Of a stretch of 64,000 bases of DNA, positions 1-13,438 are shown in pieces. The stretch spans positions 845,931 to 909,930 of the forward strand of contig BCKQ01000004.1 in NCBI GenBank assembly GCA_001600695.1, written 5' to 3'. How positions within the stretch are numbered: the stretch's first letter is position 1; each line of letters opens with the position of its first letter. The notes beneath the pieces are model-generated. The model saw nothing but the letters and a program-made list of their open reading frames with translations, was not told where the DNA came from and ran no database searches. The translations under genes and the position numbers were made by a program. This DNA is from Ascoidea asiatica JCM 7603. Its lineage: Eukaryota; Fungi; Ascomycota.

Positions 1-127
1 TCTGCCTCCCTCTGCCTCCCTTCGCCTCTCTTCGCCTCCTCCCACTCTGCTCACGTGCCCTCTTTTCTCTCTCTTCTCTTCTCTCTTCTCTCTTACCACT
101 GAACCATCTCTTCTCTTCAGTACTGTG

Positions 128-173
128 ATAATAATAATAATAATAACAATAATAATAATAATAATAATAATAA
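128..173. repeat. (AAT)n microsatellite upstream of TOP1
   Basis: About 15 AAT units with one AAC interruption. Confidence 0.9.
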
Positions 174-435
174 TATTTATTCAAAGTGAATATAAATACA
201 AATAGTAAATAAATAAGCAATAAAAATACTTAATAGAAAATTATATAAAATTTTTTTTTTTTTTTTCTCATCTTTCATTCTATATAATTTTACCTTATTA
301 TTATATATTTATTCATTTATTTATTCATTTAATCTTTATTCTTTTTCATCTCTTCATCTCTTCATATTTTACAATTCATATCTAACATTTCATATTTCAT
401 ATTTCATATTTCATATTAATTACATTTAATTAATA

Positions 436-3090
436 ATGACTTTATTAAGTGATGATATTCCATTATCATTATCAAGAAAAAGACCATTAGATAATTCTGA
501 TTCTTTATCTTTTGATAATATTAATATTAATAATATTATTAATAATAATAATAATAATAATAATAATGAAAAAGTTAAAATAAAGAGAAAAAAAATAAAA
601 ATTATTGAAAATGATGATGATGATGATGATGATTATGAAGACAATAATGAATTAGTTTCAAATTCAAATTCAAATTCAAATTCAAATTCAAATTCAAATC
701 AATTGATTAATAAATCTGTTGATGATTTACCTTTAAGTTCTTTAACTTCTCAAGAATCAAATAATAATAAATTAAATAAATTATTATCAAATGGTAATCT
801 CAATACTACTACTACTACCACTACCACTAATAATAATAATAATAATAATAATAACATTACTAATAATAATAGTGATGATAATAGTGATGATGAAAATCAA
901 ATATTAAGTAGTTTAAAACCTTCAAATTCAATAAATATAGAATTTAAAGAAGAATTTAAAGAAGAATTCAAAGAAGAATTCTCTCAATCAATTACTAAAA
1001 AAATAAGTAAAAAAGTATCCAAGAAAGATAAAAAAGATAAGAAAGATAAAAAATCAAAAGAAAAAGATAAAATAATAACGGAAACTAAAACTAAAATAAA
1101 ATCAGAAACTAAAATTGAAACTAAATCAACTTATAAATGGTGGGAAAAAGATAATTTAATTGATTCAAATAATGATCAAAAATGGTCAACTTTATCTCAT
1201 AATGGTGTATTATTTCCACCTGAATATATACCTTTACCAAATTCAATAAAATTATATTATAATAATAATCCAATAAATAATTTACCTTTAGAAGCTGAAG
1301 AAATTGCTGGTTTTTATGCTGCTTTAATTCAAACTGATTATGCAAAAAATAAAGATTTTCAAAATAATTTCTTTAAAGATTTTAAAAATATTTTAAATAA
1401 TTATAATAAAAAATTTAAAAATGATAATGAAAAAATTATTATTAAAGATTTTAATAATTTAGATTTTACTAAAATTTTTAATTATTTTGAAATTGAAAAA
1501 GAAAAAAAAAAAAAAATTCCAAATCAAATTAAAAAAAAATTAAAAGAAGAAAAAGAAAAATTAATAAATCCATATAAATTTTGTATAATTGATGGTAGAA
1601 AAGAACAAATTGGTAATTTTACAATTGAACCTCCTGGTTTATTTAGAGGTAGAGGTAATCATCCAAAAATGGGTACTTTAAAAAAAAGAATTTATCCTGA
1701 AGATATTGTTATAAATATTGGTAAAAATGAAAAAATTCCATTACCACCAAAAGGTCATAATTGGGGTGAAATTAGACATGATAATACTGTAACTTGGTTA
1801 GCAGCTTGGAAAGAAAATGTACTTGGTGGTGTAAAATATGTTAGATTTGCTGCAAATTCTACATTTAAAGGTATTAGTGATATGAAAAAATATGATAAAT
1901 CAAGAGAATTAAAAAAATATATTAATAAAATTAGAAAAGATTATAAATTAAATTTAAAATCAAAAGAAATGCAAAATAGACAAATTGCAGTTGCAACATA
2001 TTTAATTGATGTTTTAGCTTTAAGAGCTGGTGGTGAAAAAAATATTGAAGATTTAGCTGATACTGTTGGTTGTTGTTCTTTAAGATATGAACATGTAACT
2101 TTAGAACCACCAAATTTTATTATTCTTGATTTCTTAGGTAAAGATTCTGTACCTTATCATCAAAAAGTTTCTGTTGATCAACAAGTTTTTAAAAATATTA
2201 GAATTTTTAAAAGACCTCCAAAAATTATTGGTGATCAATTATTTGATAGATTAGATCCAAGTATTTTAAATAAATATTTACAAAGTTATATGAAAGGTTT
2301 AACTGCAAAAGTTTTTCGTACTTATAATGCTTCAAAAACTATGCAAGATTTATTAGATAAAATGGAAAATAAAGGTACAATTCAAGAAAAAATTATTTCT
2401 TTTAAATCTGCAAATAAAGAAGTTGCAATTTTATGTAATCATCAAAAAGGTGTAACAAAAAGTTTTGAAATAATTTATCAAAAAAATTTAGATAAAATTG
2501 AAGAAATGATTTTGCAAAAAATTAAATTAAAAAAATTAATTTTAAAAATTGATTCAAATTTAATTAAAAAAAAAAAAAAATATTTTGAAGAAATTAATGA
2601 TTTTAATAATGAAAGAATTAAAAAAATTCATAAAAGAATTTTAAATAGAGAAAAAATAAAAATTGAGAAAAAATTTGAAAAAGAGAATGAAAATTTAAAT
2701 TTTAATAAAGAAAAAATTTTACCAAAATCAGAATTAAAAAAAAGATTAGAAAAAATTAAAGAAATGGAAGAAAAATTTAAAAATGAATTAAATAATGAAT
2801 TAAATAATGAATTTAAAAATGAATTTAAAAATGAATTAAATGTTGAAACTTTAGAAAATCAAGTACAAAAATTAGAAATAAGAATTGAAAATGCAAATTT
2901 ACAATTAAAAGATAAAGAAGATAATAAAAATGTTGCTTTAAATACATCAATTATTAATTATATTGATCCAAGATTAGTTGTAATGTTTTGTAAGAAATTT
3001 GAAGTACCAATTGAAAAAATATTTACAAAAACTTTAAGAGAAAGATTTGAATGGGCTATTGAATCAACTAATGCAGATTGGAGATTTTAA
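436..3090 (+). CDS. TOP1: DNA topoisomerase I (type IB)
   Basis: Motifs [50 protein letters not shown] and catalytic NYIDPR; low-complexity N-terminus. Confidence 0.98.
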   Translation: MTLLSDDIPLSLSRKRPLDNSDSLSFDNININNIINNNNNNNNNEKVKIKRKKIKIIENDDDDDDDYEDNNELVSNSNSNSNSNSNSNQLINKSVDDLPLSSLTSQESNNNKLNKLLSNGNLNTTTTTTTTNNNNNNNNNITNNNSDDNSDDENQILSSLKPSNSINIEFKEEFKEEFKEEFSQSITKKISKKVSKKDKKDKKDKKSKEKDKIITETKTKIKSETKIETKSTYKWWEKDNLIDSNNDQKWSTLSHNGVLFPPEYIPLPNSIKLYYNNNPINNLPLEAEEIAGFYAALIQTDYAKNKDFQNNFFKDFKNILNNYNKKFKNDNEKIIIKDFNNLDFTKIFNYFEIEKEKKKKIPNQIKKKLKEEKEKLINPYKFCIIDGRKEQIGNFTIEPPGLFRGRGNHPKMGTLKKRIYPEDIVINIGKNEKIPLPPKGHNWGEIRHDNTVTWLAAWKENVLGGVKYVRFAANSTFKGISDMKKYDKSRELKKYINKIRKDYKLNLKSKEMQNRQIAVATYLIDVLALRAGGEKNIEDLADTVGCCSLRYEHVTLEPPNFIILDFLGKDSVPYHQKVSVDQQVFKNIRIFKRPPKIIGDQLFDRLDPSILNKYLQSYMKGLTAKVFRTYNASKTMQDLLDKMENKGTIQEKIISFKSANKEVAILCNHQKGVTKSFEIIYQKNLDKIEEMILQKIKLKKLILKIDSNLIKKKKKYFEEINDFNNERIKKIHKRILNREKIKIEKKFEKENENLNFNKEKILPKSELKKRLEKIKEMEEKFKNELNNELNNEFKNEFKNELNVETLENQVQKLEIRIENANLQLKDKEDNKNVALNTSIINYIDPRLVVMFCKKFEVPIEKIFTKTLRERFEWAIESTNADWRF

Positions 3091-3482
3091 TTATAAATAT
3101 TGTTATATAATATATATAGTTCTACTTTCATATAGATTTTTGTTTTGTTTTTTTTTAAAAAAAGAGATTAAAATCTCAAAAATGTATTAATATTAAATAA
3201 AAATAAAAATAAAAACTATTTTCTTTTATATTCTAAATATAATTAATCATCATTTTCAAGTAAATAAATTTCTTATAAACTCAGTTTTTTGAATATAAAA
3301 GAATTTAATAGTAGTTAGTAGTAACTTAGTAACTTAGTAATTCCCGTGTGAAATGTGAAATAAGGAAATGAAAAGGAAAAAAAAAAAAAAGGTAAATTGA
3401 AATAATACTAATTTCATTTTCAATAATATTATAATTTATAGTCTTATTATTCTTGTCAGGAGTAAAAAATATTGAATAAAAT

Positions 3483-3899
3483 ATGGTAAAAGATAATTTA
3501 AATAAAAAGAATATAATATACTTAAAATCAAATTCAGAAGAAAAAGTATCAGTATCCAAGAAAGGTGAAAAAAGGAAATCATATGTTCTTAATAACAACA
3601 TCAAAGAAGAAGATAATGAAAAAAGAATAAATAGTGATATAAAAATGAAAAAAAAACATAAAAAAAGAAAGAAGAAAAAAAAATTAATTATAATTAAAGA
3701 TTTTAAAGAAGAAAAAAACATGATTGAATTATTTGGAATTAAAGAATTTGATTCTTCAAAGGGTAAAAAAGTTGAAGGAACTGATGGTGGATATGTGAAA
3801 GTAGTCAAGACTTCAACTTTCAGACAATATATGAATAGAGATAAAGGGTTTAATAGACCATTATCACCACCTGCTGAAGAACGAAAATCCAAGAGGTAA
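3483..3899 (+). CDS. SNRNP27: U4/U6.U5 tri-snRNP 27 kDa protein (DUF1777 domain)
   Basis: C-terminal FG..FDSSKGKKV...RQYMNR.KGFNRPLSP signature after a basic region. Confidence 0.88.
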   Translation: MVKDNLNKKNIIYLKSNSEEKVSVSKKGEKRKSYVLNNNIKEEDNEKRINSDIKMKKKHKKRKKKKKLIIIKDFKEEKNMIELFGIKEFDSSKGKKVEGTDGGYVKVVKTSTFRQYMNRDKGFNRPLSPPAEERKSKR

Positions 3900-3967
3900 T
3901 AATAATAACTGTAGCAAAGAGATGTTTAGTTGTGATATATATTTCATTTACAAGTTCCATTCAATTT

Positions 3968-4010
3968 CGTAGTCAATCTCGTAGTCAATCTCGTAGTCAA
4001 TCTCGTAGTC
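3968..4010. repeat. 12-bp tandem repeat (CGTAGTCAATCT) x3.5
   Basis: Direct reading of the sequence. Confidence 0.85.
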
Positions 4011-4112
4011 GAAGTCTTCAGTAAAGCTTTATTTTATTTTATTATCTGAAGCATTATCTGAAGCATTGTTATTATTAATTTGTTATTAATTTGTTGTTAA
4101 TTTGTTGTTATT

Positions 4113-4199
4113 TACGCGACTTTATTTGGTTCGCTTTTCGCGTTTTTGTGTTTTTGTTTTTGTGTTTTTGTTTTTGTGTTTTTGTGTTCTCGGCGCGTT
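4113..4199. promoter_or_regulatory. Cluster of MCB/SCB-like CGCG elements upstream of ELG1
   Basis: ACGCGA, TTTTCGCGT and GGCGCGT within 90 bp in very AT-rich DNA, upstream of a G1/S replication gene. Confidence 0.6.
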
Positions 4200-4378
4200 G
4201 GAATTCAAAATCAGAAGCAAAAAGAATTTGGAAGCGAGCAAAGAAAAGAAGAAAAGAAGAAGAAGAAGAAGAAGAAGAAGAAGAAGAAAGTGATTAGCTG
4301 GTTGTGTCTTTATCTTTATCTTGTATCTTTATCTTTATCTTGTATCTTGCATGTTTTCTTCTGTTGTTTATACTTACT

Positions 4379-5299
4379 ATGAGCAAGACTAAAATATCAA
4401 AAAAAACACAGGCGACATTTGGAAAGTCTAGTGATGGACTGGTGATTGTGGGTTGTTCAGTGGATTCAAAATCTACAACTCCAATAACTTCAATAACTCC
4501 AATTGAAGTATTGGATTCTGATGATCTGGAAAATGAAGTATCTGATCCTGATCTTGATCCTGATCTTGATCTTGAACTTGAACTTGATAATGAATCTTCA
4601 TCGAATAAATTAAGTCTTTCTCAAATAGAATCTGAAGTATTTCAAAATATTCCTGGTGCAAAGAAATTAAGTGTGAATGATTTTTTAAAAATGTCAAAAG
4701 AGAGAAAATTAGATTTGAAGAATAAAGAGAAATTAAAAGAGAATATTAAAAAAAAAGAGAAAATTTTAAAGAAATCTAAAAAAATAATAATTCCAACTTT
4801 TTTAATAAAAATTATATTCAAAAATTTTAAAAATATAATAAAAGCTAAACAAATGATTGAAAATTCTCAAAATCCATTTTTCACAAGAGGTAATATAAGT
4901 TCATTTGAAATTGATGAAATTGATGAAATTGATGAAATTATTCAATTATCATTTCCAATAACTTTAAAATTTAAAAATTTTGAAAATATATTAAAATTAA
5001 ATAAATTTATTAATAATCCTATAATTAATTCAAATTTATATAATAAAAAATTTATTAAAAATTTTAAAAATCCATTTTTTGAATCTGTAAAGAAAAAAGT
5101 AGAATTAAATAATCTTAATAATATCACAAATAATAATAATAATAATAATAAAATAAAAAAAATGAAATTATTACATATTAGACTTCCTTTAAGAGATGAA
5201 TTTTCTGTATATGATAAAGAATATGAACTTTCTTTTTATAATTCTCTTAAATTAAATTCAATAACTTTTAAAATGAATGATTTCTTTAATATTAATAAT

Positions 5300-5339
<40 letters not shown>

Positions 5340-7789
5340 TCATAAATTTAGAATCTTCTTTTAAAAATTATTCGGATTTAAAATCAATAAATGAAAATAT
5401 AAATGAAAATATGAATGAAAATAAAATTTCAAATCTTAATAATTTTCAATATTTTAATTATTCTTATCAATATAAACAATCAACAAATAATAAAATTATT
5501 CATAATCTTAAAAATGATTCAAAATTATTTAATTTATTAAATTCATCTCCATGTTTTGAAAAATTTAAATATTTTATTATAAATAATCCAAAATTTCCTA
5601 AATTAAAAAATCTTCAAAAATTTTTTTTAAATGGTTTAAAAACTCAATTATGGCAAGATTTTTTTTCTCCATTAAATTCAAAACAATTAATTATTAATAA
5701 AATTTTAATTTCAACTATTTTTTCATGGTTAAAAATTGCTTTTAAAAAATTAAATACTCAAAAAAAACAAACTTTTTTTAAATCAAATAAAAAAAAAAAA
5801 TTAAAAAATTTTATTAATAATACTTATGGTTATAATGGTGATTCTGATTTAAATGATTTTATTGTAAATGATAATAATATAGAATATTTTAATCAAAAAG
5901 ATATTTTATATGATAAATTTATAACTAATAATTCTTTTTCTCAAAATTCAAAAATCATTTCAAATCATTATTCTTCACAATCTTTTTTTCCTTTAATGAT
6001 TATTTCTGGACCTTCTGGTTGTGGTAAAACTTCAACAATATATGCTATAATGAAAGAACTTTCAGGTTATGTTCATGAAATTAATTCAAATCAATCTAGA
6101 TCAAAAAAAGATATTTTATCTTCTTTAAAAGAACTTACAACTACAAGAAGTATACATCAAAATTCAAAACATCAATCTTTACAAAAAAATATTTTAAATC
6201 ACACAATTATAGAAAAAGAAATTGAAAAAAAAAATAATCATTTTCAACAAGGTTTAATATTATTTGAAAATATTGATATTTTATTTGAAGATTTTGATAA
6301 AAATTTTTGGGAAGCTTTAAAAGATATTTTAAATATAACTAGAAAACCAATAATTTTAACTTGTGAAGATGTTAATAGAATACCTTCTGAAATTCTTCAA
6401 ATTTCAATGGATCAAAATTCTTATTTTCAATTTGATGATGATTGTATTGATGAAACTGAAATGGAATATTATTTATGGCTTTGTTGTTTTACTGGTTCAA
6501 AATGTAAAATTAGTCATACTCAAATTAATCAAATAGTTAAAAAAAATAAATTAAATTTAAAAAAAAGTATTAATGAACTTCAATGGATTTGTCTTAATCC
6601 CCAATCCAAAGAATACCTTCAAGGAGATAATCTTTACTCTGAAGAAAATTTAAATGATAAAGATACAAAAATAATTGAACAAATAGAAAATCAAGAAAAT
6701 CAAGAAAATCAAGAAAATCAAGAAAATCAGGAAAATCTTGATAAAAAACAAGGATCAGACTGGTCTATTCCAATAGATTTGGGAGATGACGAATCTGACA
6801 ATGGAATAATAGAGATTAATAGCAGTGGTGAAGATAGTGATTTCAGCCCATGCTTAGAAAGTGATACAAATATTATATTACCTAGTGAAAACCTAGAAAG
6901 TGAGGACAAAGGTATTCTGAATTTTAAATTGAAATTTAAAGGTTCAAATATACGTGATTTCCAAATAAAAGTTCGATGTCCAAAACAGAATGAGAGAAAA
7001 AGTATTGATGAAGTTAAAAGTAAAAAAATATCATTATCTGAAATATCGCAGGAATTTGATCTTCTTTCAATGTCTGATGTCATCTCTAACAATACATATT
7101 CATCAATAAGTCACTTTGATATAAATCAGGAGATGTATAGATTTGATCAAACGGAAAAGGATAAATTGAAAAATAAAGATAAAGACAGAGATAAAGATAT
7201 AAACCAACTAATATTCGATGATTGTTTACCTGATGATTTTGAAGATGATAAGATCATTACTGGAGAAAACGAGCGTCTTTTATCTGATTCAGATTATATT
7301 AATATACCTTGTTTTAATTTCGAATTGAATTTTGGAGTTGAACTACTGAGAGAGTTAAAATACAATACAGATCATGATAAAGAAATCAGAAAAACGTTAA
7401 AACAATCACAGGAAAAAGAAATATCTTTAGGTTTAATCACTCAAGAATTAAAATCGTTTTTATCCAGCAGGTACAAGCCTCATGTTACTCAAAAAATAAA
7501 ACGATTAACAAGATCTGGATTTGGACTAGATAGTAAACAAACTATTGAAATAAGAGGGTCTGATTCTATAAATATTCTATCATCTAAAAAAATTTTAATT
7601 GAAATGGCTCCGATTGTAAGAAAAATGGCTGAAAATGAAAATGTAATTGAAGAACTTAATAATCTTGCTGAGCATGAAAACCCAAAGTCTTCAAAACAAG
7701 AATTGTTTGTAAATGGAATATATAGACCATCTTGCTTTGATGGTGATGGTTTAGAATTATTGAAAACTTTTTCAATCTCCACTTCCTAA
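4379..7789 (+). CDS. ELG1: Elg1 RFC-like PCNA unloader large subunit (AAA+)
   Basis: Walker A ISGPSGCGKT, VHEINSNQSRSKKDI, LILFENIDILF..DKNFW, TRKPIILTC. The first ATG is at 4379; the track's 4304 start is a TTG. Confidence 0.9.
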
Positions 7790-8506
7790 ATATATTTATT
7801 ACCGGAAGCTGTGATAAGCTCCAAACAATCATAAGTATCTCTTTGAAACCCTGTTTTTTTTCTATTGTGTTTTATAACATATCCATTTATTGGTGAAACA
7901 GATTCATTGAATACCTAATTATAGACGATTTTTTTTTTTATTTTGCATCGAATAATCCATTTAACATAATTTATTAATTAAAAAGTTCTTTGTTTCGCGT
8001 AAAACTGATTTACTTCGGGTCTCTTATTTGTTCTGCAAGTCAAAGCGGGAACACGCTTTTATCATCACCCACACCAAACCCAAACAGCCGGTACCGTAAC
8101 CTTATTCGCTGGCAGCCTAAACGGGATTTTGGACTTTTTTGAAGCTCGTCTAAAATGAAAAAAGATTGATTTGAATGAAATATTTAAGAAATCTTAATAT
8201 CTTGAATGGAATTAACATAGATATCACGTCTAATAATGGCTTTTAATATTCAATTGTAATATGGTTTATGGTTCACAATGAATTGATGGTAGTTAAGTCG
8301 TTTAATATCTATTATTACATTTGGTCCTTGTAATTTACTTTTGAAGAAACGACTATGTTTGTTGATATATTAAGGCAATGTATTGCTCATATTTATTTTT
8401 GTTTCAATTGTTGCAAATTATAATAAAAGAAAAAGTCAATAGAAAATATTTTCATTTATAATTACACTTTACTAAAGAATTATCAATTATATGAAAAATT
8501 ACCACA

Positions 8507-9754
8507 ATGCTTTTTAGTCAAATTTCTTGGATCTTCATAGTATTTTCACTTCAGAATATCAGCCTAGTATTGGGTGCTGATTCAAGTGATGAATATGCTA
8601 CCACATTAACTTCAACAGCTACTGCAACAACATATGAAATAGTTGCTCCTACTGATACTGATTCCTCCGACTCTTCTAATTCTTCAACAACTGGATTAAT
8701 ATTTGAGACTGTCAGTGATAGTTCAGATTCAGATTCAGATTCTACATCATTTGCTTTTGACATTGCTACATCAGAAGAAACAGAAGAATCATCAACATCT
8801 AAAACAACACAAACTATTTATTCAACAAGAACCGTTGATGGAATAATTATTCCAATTTCAACTATAACAGGAGCTGCTTCAACAATTTTATCATCGGGTT
8901 ATGTTGTTTCAACAATTACTTCAACAACATTAATTCCAGTAACTTCAACTTATACTTCAAAAGGAAAAGATACAATTTTAGTTGTTACAACTTATACACA
9001 AACAATTGAAACAACATCATGTGTTACATCAGTTGAAACTTCAATGATTATATCTACAGTATCAACTGAAAAAATTACTCATACTTCATGTTTTGATTCT
9101 GAATGTACAAAAGTTTCAAGTTCAACATATATTGCAAATTTTGGTCAATCTTCTAGTTCTTCTATTCCAACATCATCATCATCATCTTCATCTTCATCTT
9201 CATCATTTTATTTCACTCCAGTAAGTTCTTCAAGTTTTTCATTTCCTTCCTCAAGTTCATCAATTATTCCAAAATCTTCAAGCTCAAGTTCAAAAAATAG
9301 TACTTCAACAACAGATTGTGATTGTGAAAGTAAAGAAACAGAATTAGTTATTGTATATTCATCTTCAACAGTTACTCTAGATGATGATTCCAATGAAACA
9401 AATACAGGATCCAATTTAGTTTTGATTACATCAGAATATTCAGAAGAATCAAGTACAGGAACTAATTCTGATAATTTTTTCACAATTGCTACAACAACAA
9501 GTGAATCTAATGGATTTTTTATTAGTGAAACTGGAAGTTCAGCTGCAACAACAAGTGGATTTTTCTTAACTGGAAATGAAGATTCAACAGGTAGTATTAC
9601 TAATTCAGCCACAACACTTTCAACATCAGTTAGTAATGGATTTGCAAGTGAATCAACTAGTGGAGGATATATTTTTGAAGAAAATTCAGGAAATAGATTA
9701 ACAGGAATTTCATTTTTTTCAATTATTGTTTCTTTTGTATTAATGTTTATTTAA
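8507..9754 (+). CDS. Ser/Thr-rich, probably GPI-anchored cell-wall protein
   Basis: N-terminal signal peptide, S/T-rich body, a T..C....C motif, and ENSG omega-like site before a hydrophobic C-terminal tail. Confidence 0.85.
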   Translation: MLFSQISWIFIVFSLQNISLVLGADSSDEYATTLTSTATATTYEIVAPTDTDSSDSSNSSTTGLIFETVSDSSDSDSDSTSFAFDIATSEETEESSTSKTTQTIYSTRTVDGIIIPISTITGAASTILSSGYVVSTITSTTLIPVTSTYTSKGKDTILVVTTYTQTIETTSCVTSVETSMIISTVSTEKITHTSCFDSECTKVSSSTYIANFGQSSSSSIPTSSSSSSSSSSSFYFTPVSSSSFSFPSSSSSIIPKSSSSSSKNSTSTTDCDCESKETELVIVYSSSTVTLDDDSNETNTGSNLVLITSEYSEESSTGTNSDNFFTIATTTSESNGFFISETGSSAATTSGFFLTGNEDSTGSITNSATTLSTSVSNGFASESTSGGYIFEENSGNRLTGISFFSIIVSFVLMFI

Positions 9755-10412
9755 ATGGTTATTTAAATGATATGTTTTAGTTCTTATTTTTTATTATTTA
9801 TTTTCATTTTTCATTTTAGTTTTCAAAGTGGGTTTATATGTATTTTTTTTTTTTTTTTTCTTTCATTTTCGGTTAATTAAACTGGTTCATTTTAGGTTTC
9901 TATCATTAGTATTGTTATTATTATTTTCATAAGCAATTAAAGTTCAAAGAAGGTTAATTATATTTTCTATAAGATTATAAAATTAAAATTCAAATAATTT
10001 TTTTCATAAATTTTCAAAATTCATTTATTATTAATTATAATTTAAATTGTTATTCCTAAAGTTTCATTTTGTTTCATTTTGTTTCATTTAGTTTTTTTTT
10101 CGGATTCGAGTAACAATTAATTATGATTATAATTATCATTTCCTTTTCATTATTATATTCAATTTCCTTATCATTATCATTATCATAATTAGAATATAAT
10201 AATTTATCAATTTCCATTATTTAATTTGAGTTTTAATAATAAAGTGTTTAAAAGTTCAAAGGGTTTTAAGTTTTATAATTCATATAAAAATCTTTTTCAT
10301 TTAATTTTTATTGTAAATATATATATTTTATTTTATTGATTTATTATATAGTTAATTTTAATATATATTAAATATTTTATTATGTATTTTATTAAGTATT
10401 TTATTGAATATT

Positions 10413-11120
10413 TTATTGAGTATTTTTTTGAATATCATCAGGTAAGTCTTTTGGTAATTCTTCTTGAATATTATCTTCAATATAAATTGGAGAAGGAGAA
10501 AATAAAGAAGCAGCTTGATAAGATAATTTAGTTATAGTTTCATAAGTTGAATTAATTCTTGAAGATAAATTTGAATTTGATTGAGGATTATTAAAATTAT
10601 TAATTAAAGATTTTAATAAATTATTTGATAATCTTGAAGTAATTCTTAAAGTTCTTGAAAATTCATTTGAATAACCATTATTTGAAACTTTATTACAATT
10701 TAAATTTTTAAATAAATTTGAAGATTGTAAATTATTATTAATTGGTTTTAAAATTGGATCAAATGAAGATCTTATAATTGGTTTATAAATGATATTATCA
10801 TTATTATAAGAAATATTATTAGTTGTAATATAATAATTTGAATAAGTTTTACGAAAATTATTTGAAATACCTTTTATTGGTCTTATAATTTTTTCAAATA
10901 CAGAATTATCTAAACCTGATTTATCTTCAGTACTTGTTAATAAAGGATTATAATTTTCTAAATTATTACCATTATTATTACCATTATTATTACCATTATT
11001 ATTATTATTATTTTTATTATCATTCATAAATGAATTGAATTCAGATGTTTTCAATTCAAAAATCTTTGGTTCTTGATTTAAATAAATAGTTTTATTTTGA
11101 TCTGAGAATCTTAAAGACAT
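10413..11120 (-). CDS. Hypothetical protein, 235 aa
   Basis: ATG in AAAATG context, host-like codon usage; no family recognised. Confidence 0.7.
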   Translation of the reverse strand: MSLRFSDQNKTIYLNQEPKIFELKTSEFNSFMNDNKNNNNNNGNNNGNNNGNNLENYNPLLTSTEDKSGLDNSVFEKIIRPIKGISNNFRKTYSNYYITTNNISYNNDNIIYKPIIRSSFDPILKPINNNLQSSNLFKNLNCNKVSNNGYSNEFSRTLRITSRLSNNLLKSLINNFNNPQSNSNLSSRINSTYETITKLSYQAASLFSPSPIYIEDNIQEELPKDLPDDIQKNTQ

Positions 11121-12016
11121 TTTAAGGATAAACTTTTTTCTTTTTTGATATTTGATACTTGATATTATTTAGTTATATATTTTCTTGATAAATATGAATG
11201 ATTATCATTTAGCAAAGTATTGAAACTGACTATAATTGGAATAATGATCAAGATCATTAATTGAAATAAATAATCATTTTATAGAATATATTTGCTAGTT
11301 TTCAGTTCCCAGAGAATACAACAGAAAACATTCATAACAGAAATAAACAGTGAACAGTCATAGAAATGACCATTGAAACCCATTAAAATTGCCACAAAAT
11401 GAAGAAAATGAAGAAAATGAAGAAAATGAGTTAAATGCTTCTGTTTTTGTTTCTTTTGCTTCTTCTGCTGCTTCTGCTTCTGAAATTAATTTAAATCATG
11501 AAATTAATAAACTCAAATCACATGATATGATTATGTAATCAATATTCACATGCTTATATGACACCATATTTATGGCTCTTCTTTAACTGCACATACATGT
11601 ATACATCTACCTTGCATGCACCGACCTACTTTACTGTACATGACCCCTGGCGCTGGTCCGGATGCGGCACTTTTCTCTGTTCCCGGCCCGGCTTTTGATC
11701 CGGTTCGTCCTCCAGTGACAAATTCACTTTTCATTGCTTGACAAACTTATTCTTTATTCTTTATTCCGTACTGCAGTTTTTATATTCTTTGGAGTCAAAA
11801 TAAAGCTACTTTTCAAAGTCAGTCAATAATCGTAAAGAAAATCAATCCATCTTCAAATATAAAAAAAAAAAATATATTATTATTGTAAAAGTGTTTTTAT
11901 TTTATATTCGATTCTAAAGATCATTATCAAATAATCACATTTTTCAAATTATCAAACTATTAAATAATTAAATTTGTAATCAATCAAATTCTGCAATCAA
12001 TCAAATAATATTCAAA

Positions 12017-12355
12017 ATGGAAACTGTTAAAACTCATCCAATAAATGCTCCAAATATTTTACCAAGACAAAAATTAAATTTAAAAGAAAATGAATTAAAT
12101 ATGTTAAATGAAATAATTACATATTTTAAAGAAAATACAAAAATAAATGAAAATAATTTATCACTTATGGAAAAATCTTGGCTTACAAAAGATTGTATAT
12201 TAAGATATTTAAGAGCAACAAAATTTAATAAAAATGAAACAATAAAAAGAATTAAAAATTCAATAATTTGGAGAAGAAATTTTGGTATTTCAAATGGTAT
12301 TTATGGTAATTATTTAAATGATTTATTACCAATTGAATTTAAAAATGATTTAAAA

Positions 12356-12416
<61 letters not shown>

Positions 12417-13258
12417 TTACAAAAGGAAAAGATTTAGATCCAGATTATCTTAAAATTGAAAATGAAACTGGTAAACAATTAATTCAAGGTTATACAAATG
12501 ATGGTAAACCTGTTTTAATTTTATGTCCAGGTAAAGAAAATACAAAATCAAGTCATAGACAAGTTGAATTTTTAATTTTTATGCTTGAAACTTGTATTGA
12601 TTTTATGCCACCAGGTCAAAGTAATTTAGCACTTTGTGCAGATTTTAAAAAATATTTAAATAATGTTGGTGGTATGGTTTCTGTAAAAATTGGTAAAGAA
12701 GTTTTATCAATTTTACAATATAATTATCCAGAAAGATTAGGTCTTGCATCTTTTTTTAATATTCCACTTTGGGCAAATATTTTTTTAAAAATTTGTTATC
12801 CATTTGTTGATCCATATACAAAAAAAAAATGTCATTTTAATGAACCTTTTATAAATTTTATACCTGAAAATCAATTAATTAATTTTTATCAAGGTGGTAA
12901 AGTAAATTTTGAATATGATCATGAAATTTATTGGAATTCTTTAGTTAAAAATGGTGTAGAAAAGAAATTATTTTATTTAAATAATTTTTTAAAATTAAAT
13001 TCTGAAATTGGTTTAGATGAATATGATTTAAAATCTGGTAATTTTAATGATATTCCAATTTCAAATCCAATTTCAAATCCAATTTCAAATACAGTTTCTA
13101 ATCCAATCTCAAATTCAAAAACAAATTCTTCCTCAACTTCTACAAAACATTCAAGTTCTAATAATCAAGAAATTGTTGAAAAACTTCCTGAAAAAGTTAA
13201 TGAAAAAATTCCTGAAAAAGTTAATCAAACTGAATTTCCTTCAACTGAAGTAAGTTGA
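12017..13258 (+). CDS. PDR16: Sec14-family (CRAL-TRIO) phosphatidylinositol transfer protein, Pdr16/Pdr17 type
   Basis: WLTKDCILRYLRATK, ENETGKQ, ENTKSSHRQV, MPPGQ..L, LQ..YPERLG, PFVDP.T..K. Confidence 0.88.
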
Positions 13259-13438
13259 TCTTAATTAATTAATAATATCTCTTCTTTTTCTTTTCTTTTT
13301 CTTTTCTTTTTTGCCTGTTTTTAGACTCATTAATTCATTTCATTTAATCTTTTTTAATTTAAAATAATACAGTTATACTAATAAAATTTAATAATTTTAA
13401 TAAAAGAAATAATAATTTTTATTAAATTATAATTAATA

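Noticed and set aside
4091-4382. Short ORFs with poly-E/R/K over the ELG1 promoter
   Set aside because: They are translations of TTTTTG and GAA repeats, open in all three frames.
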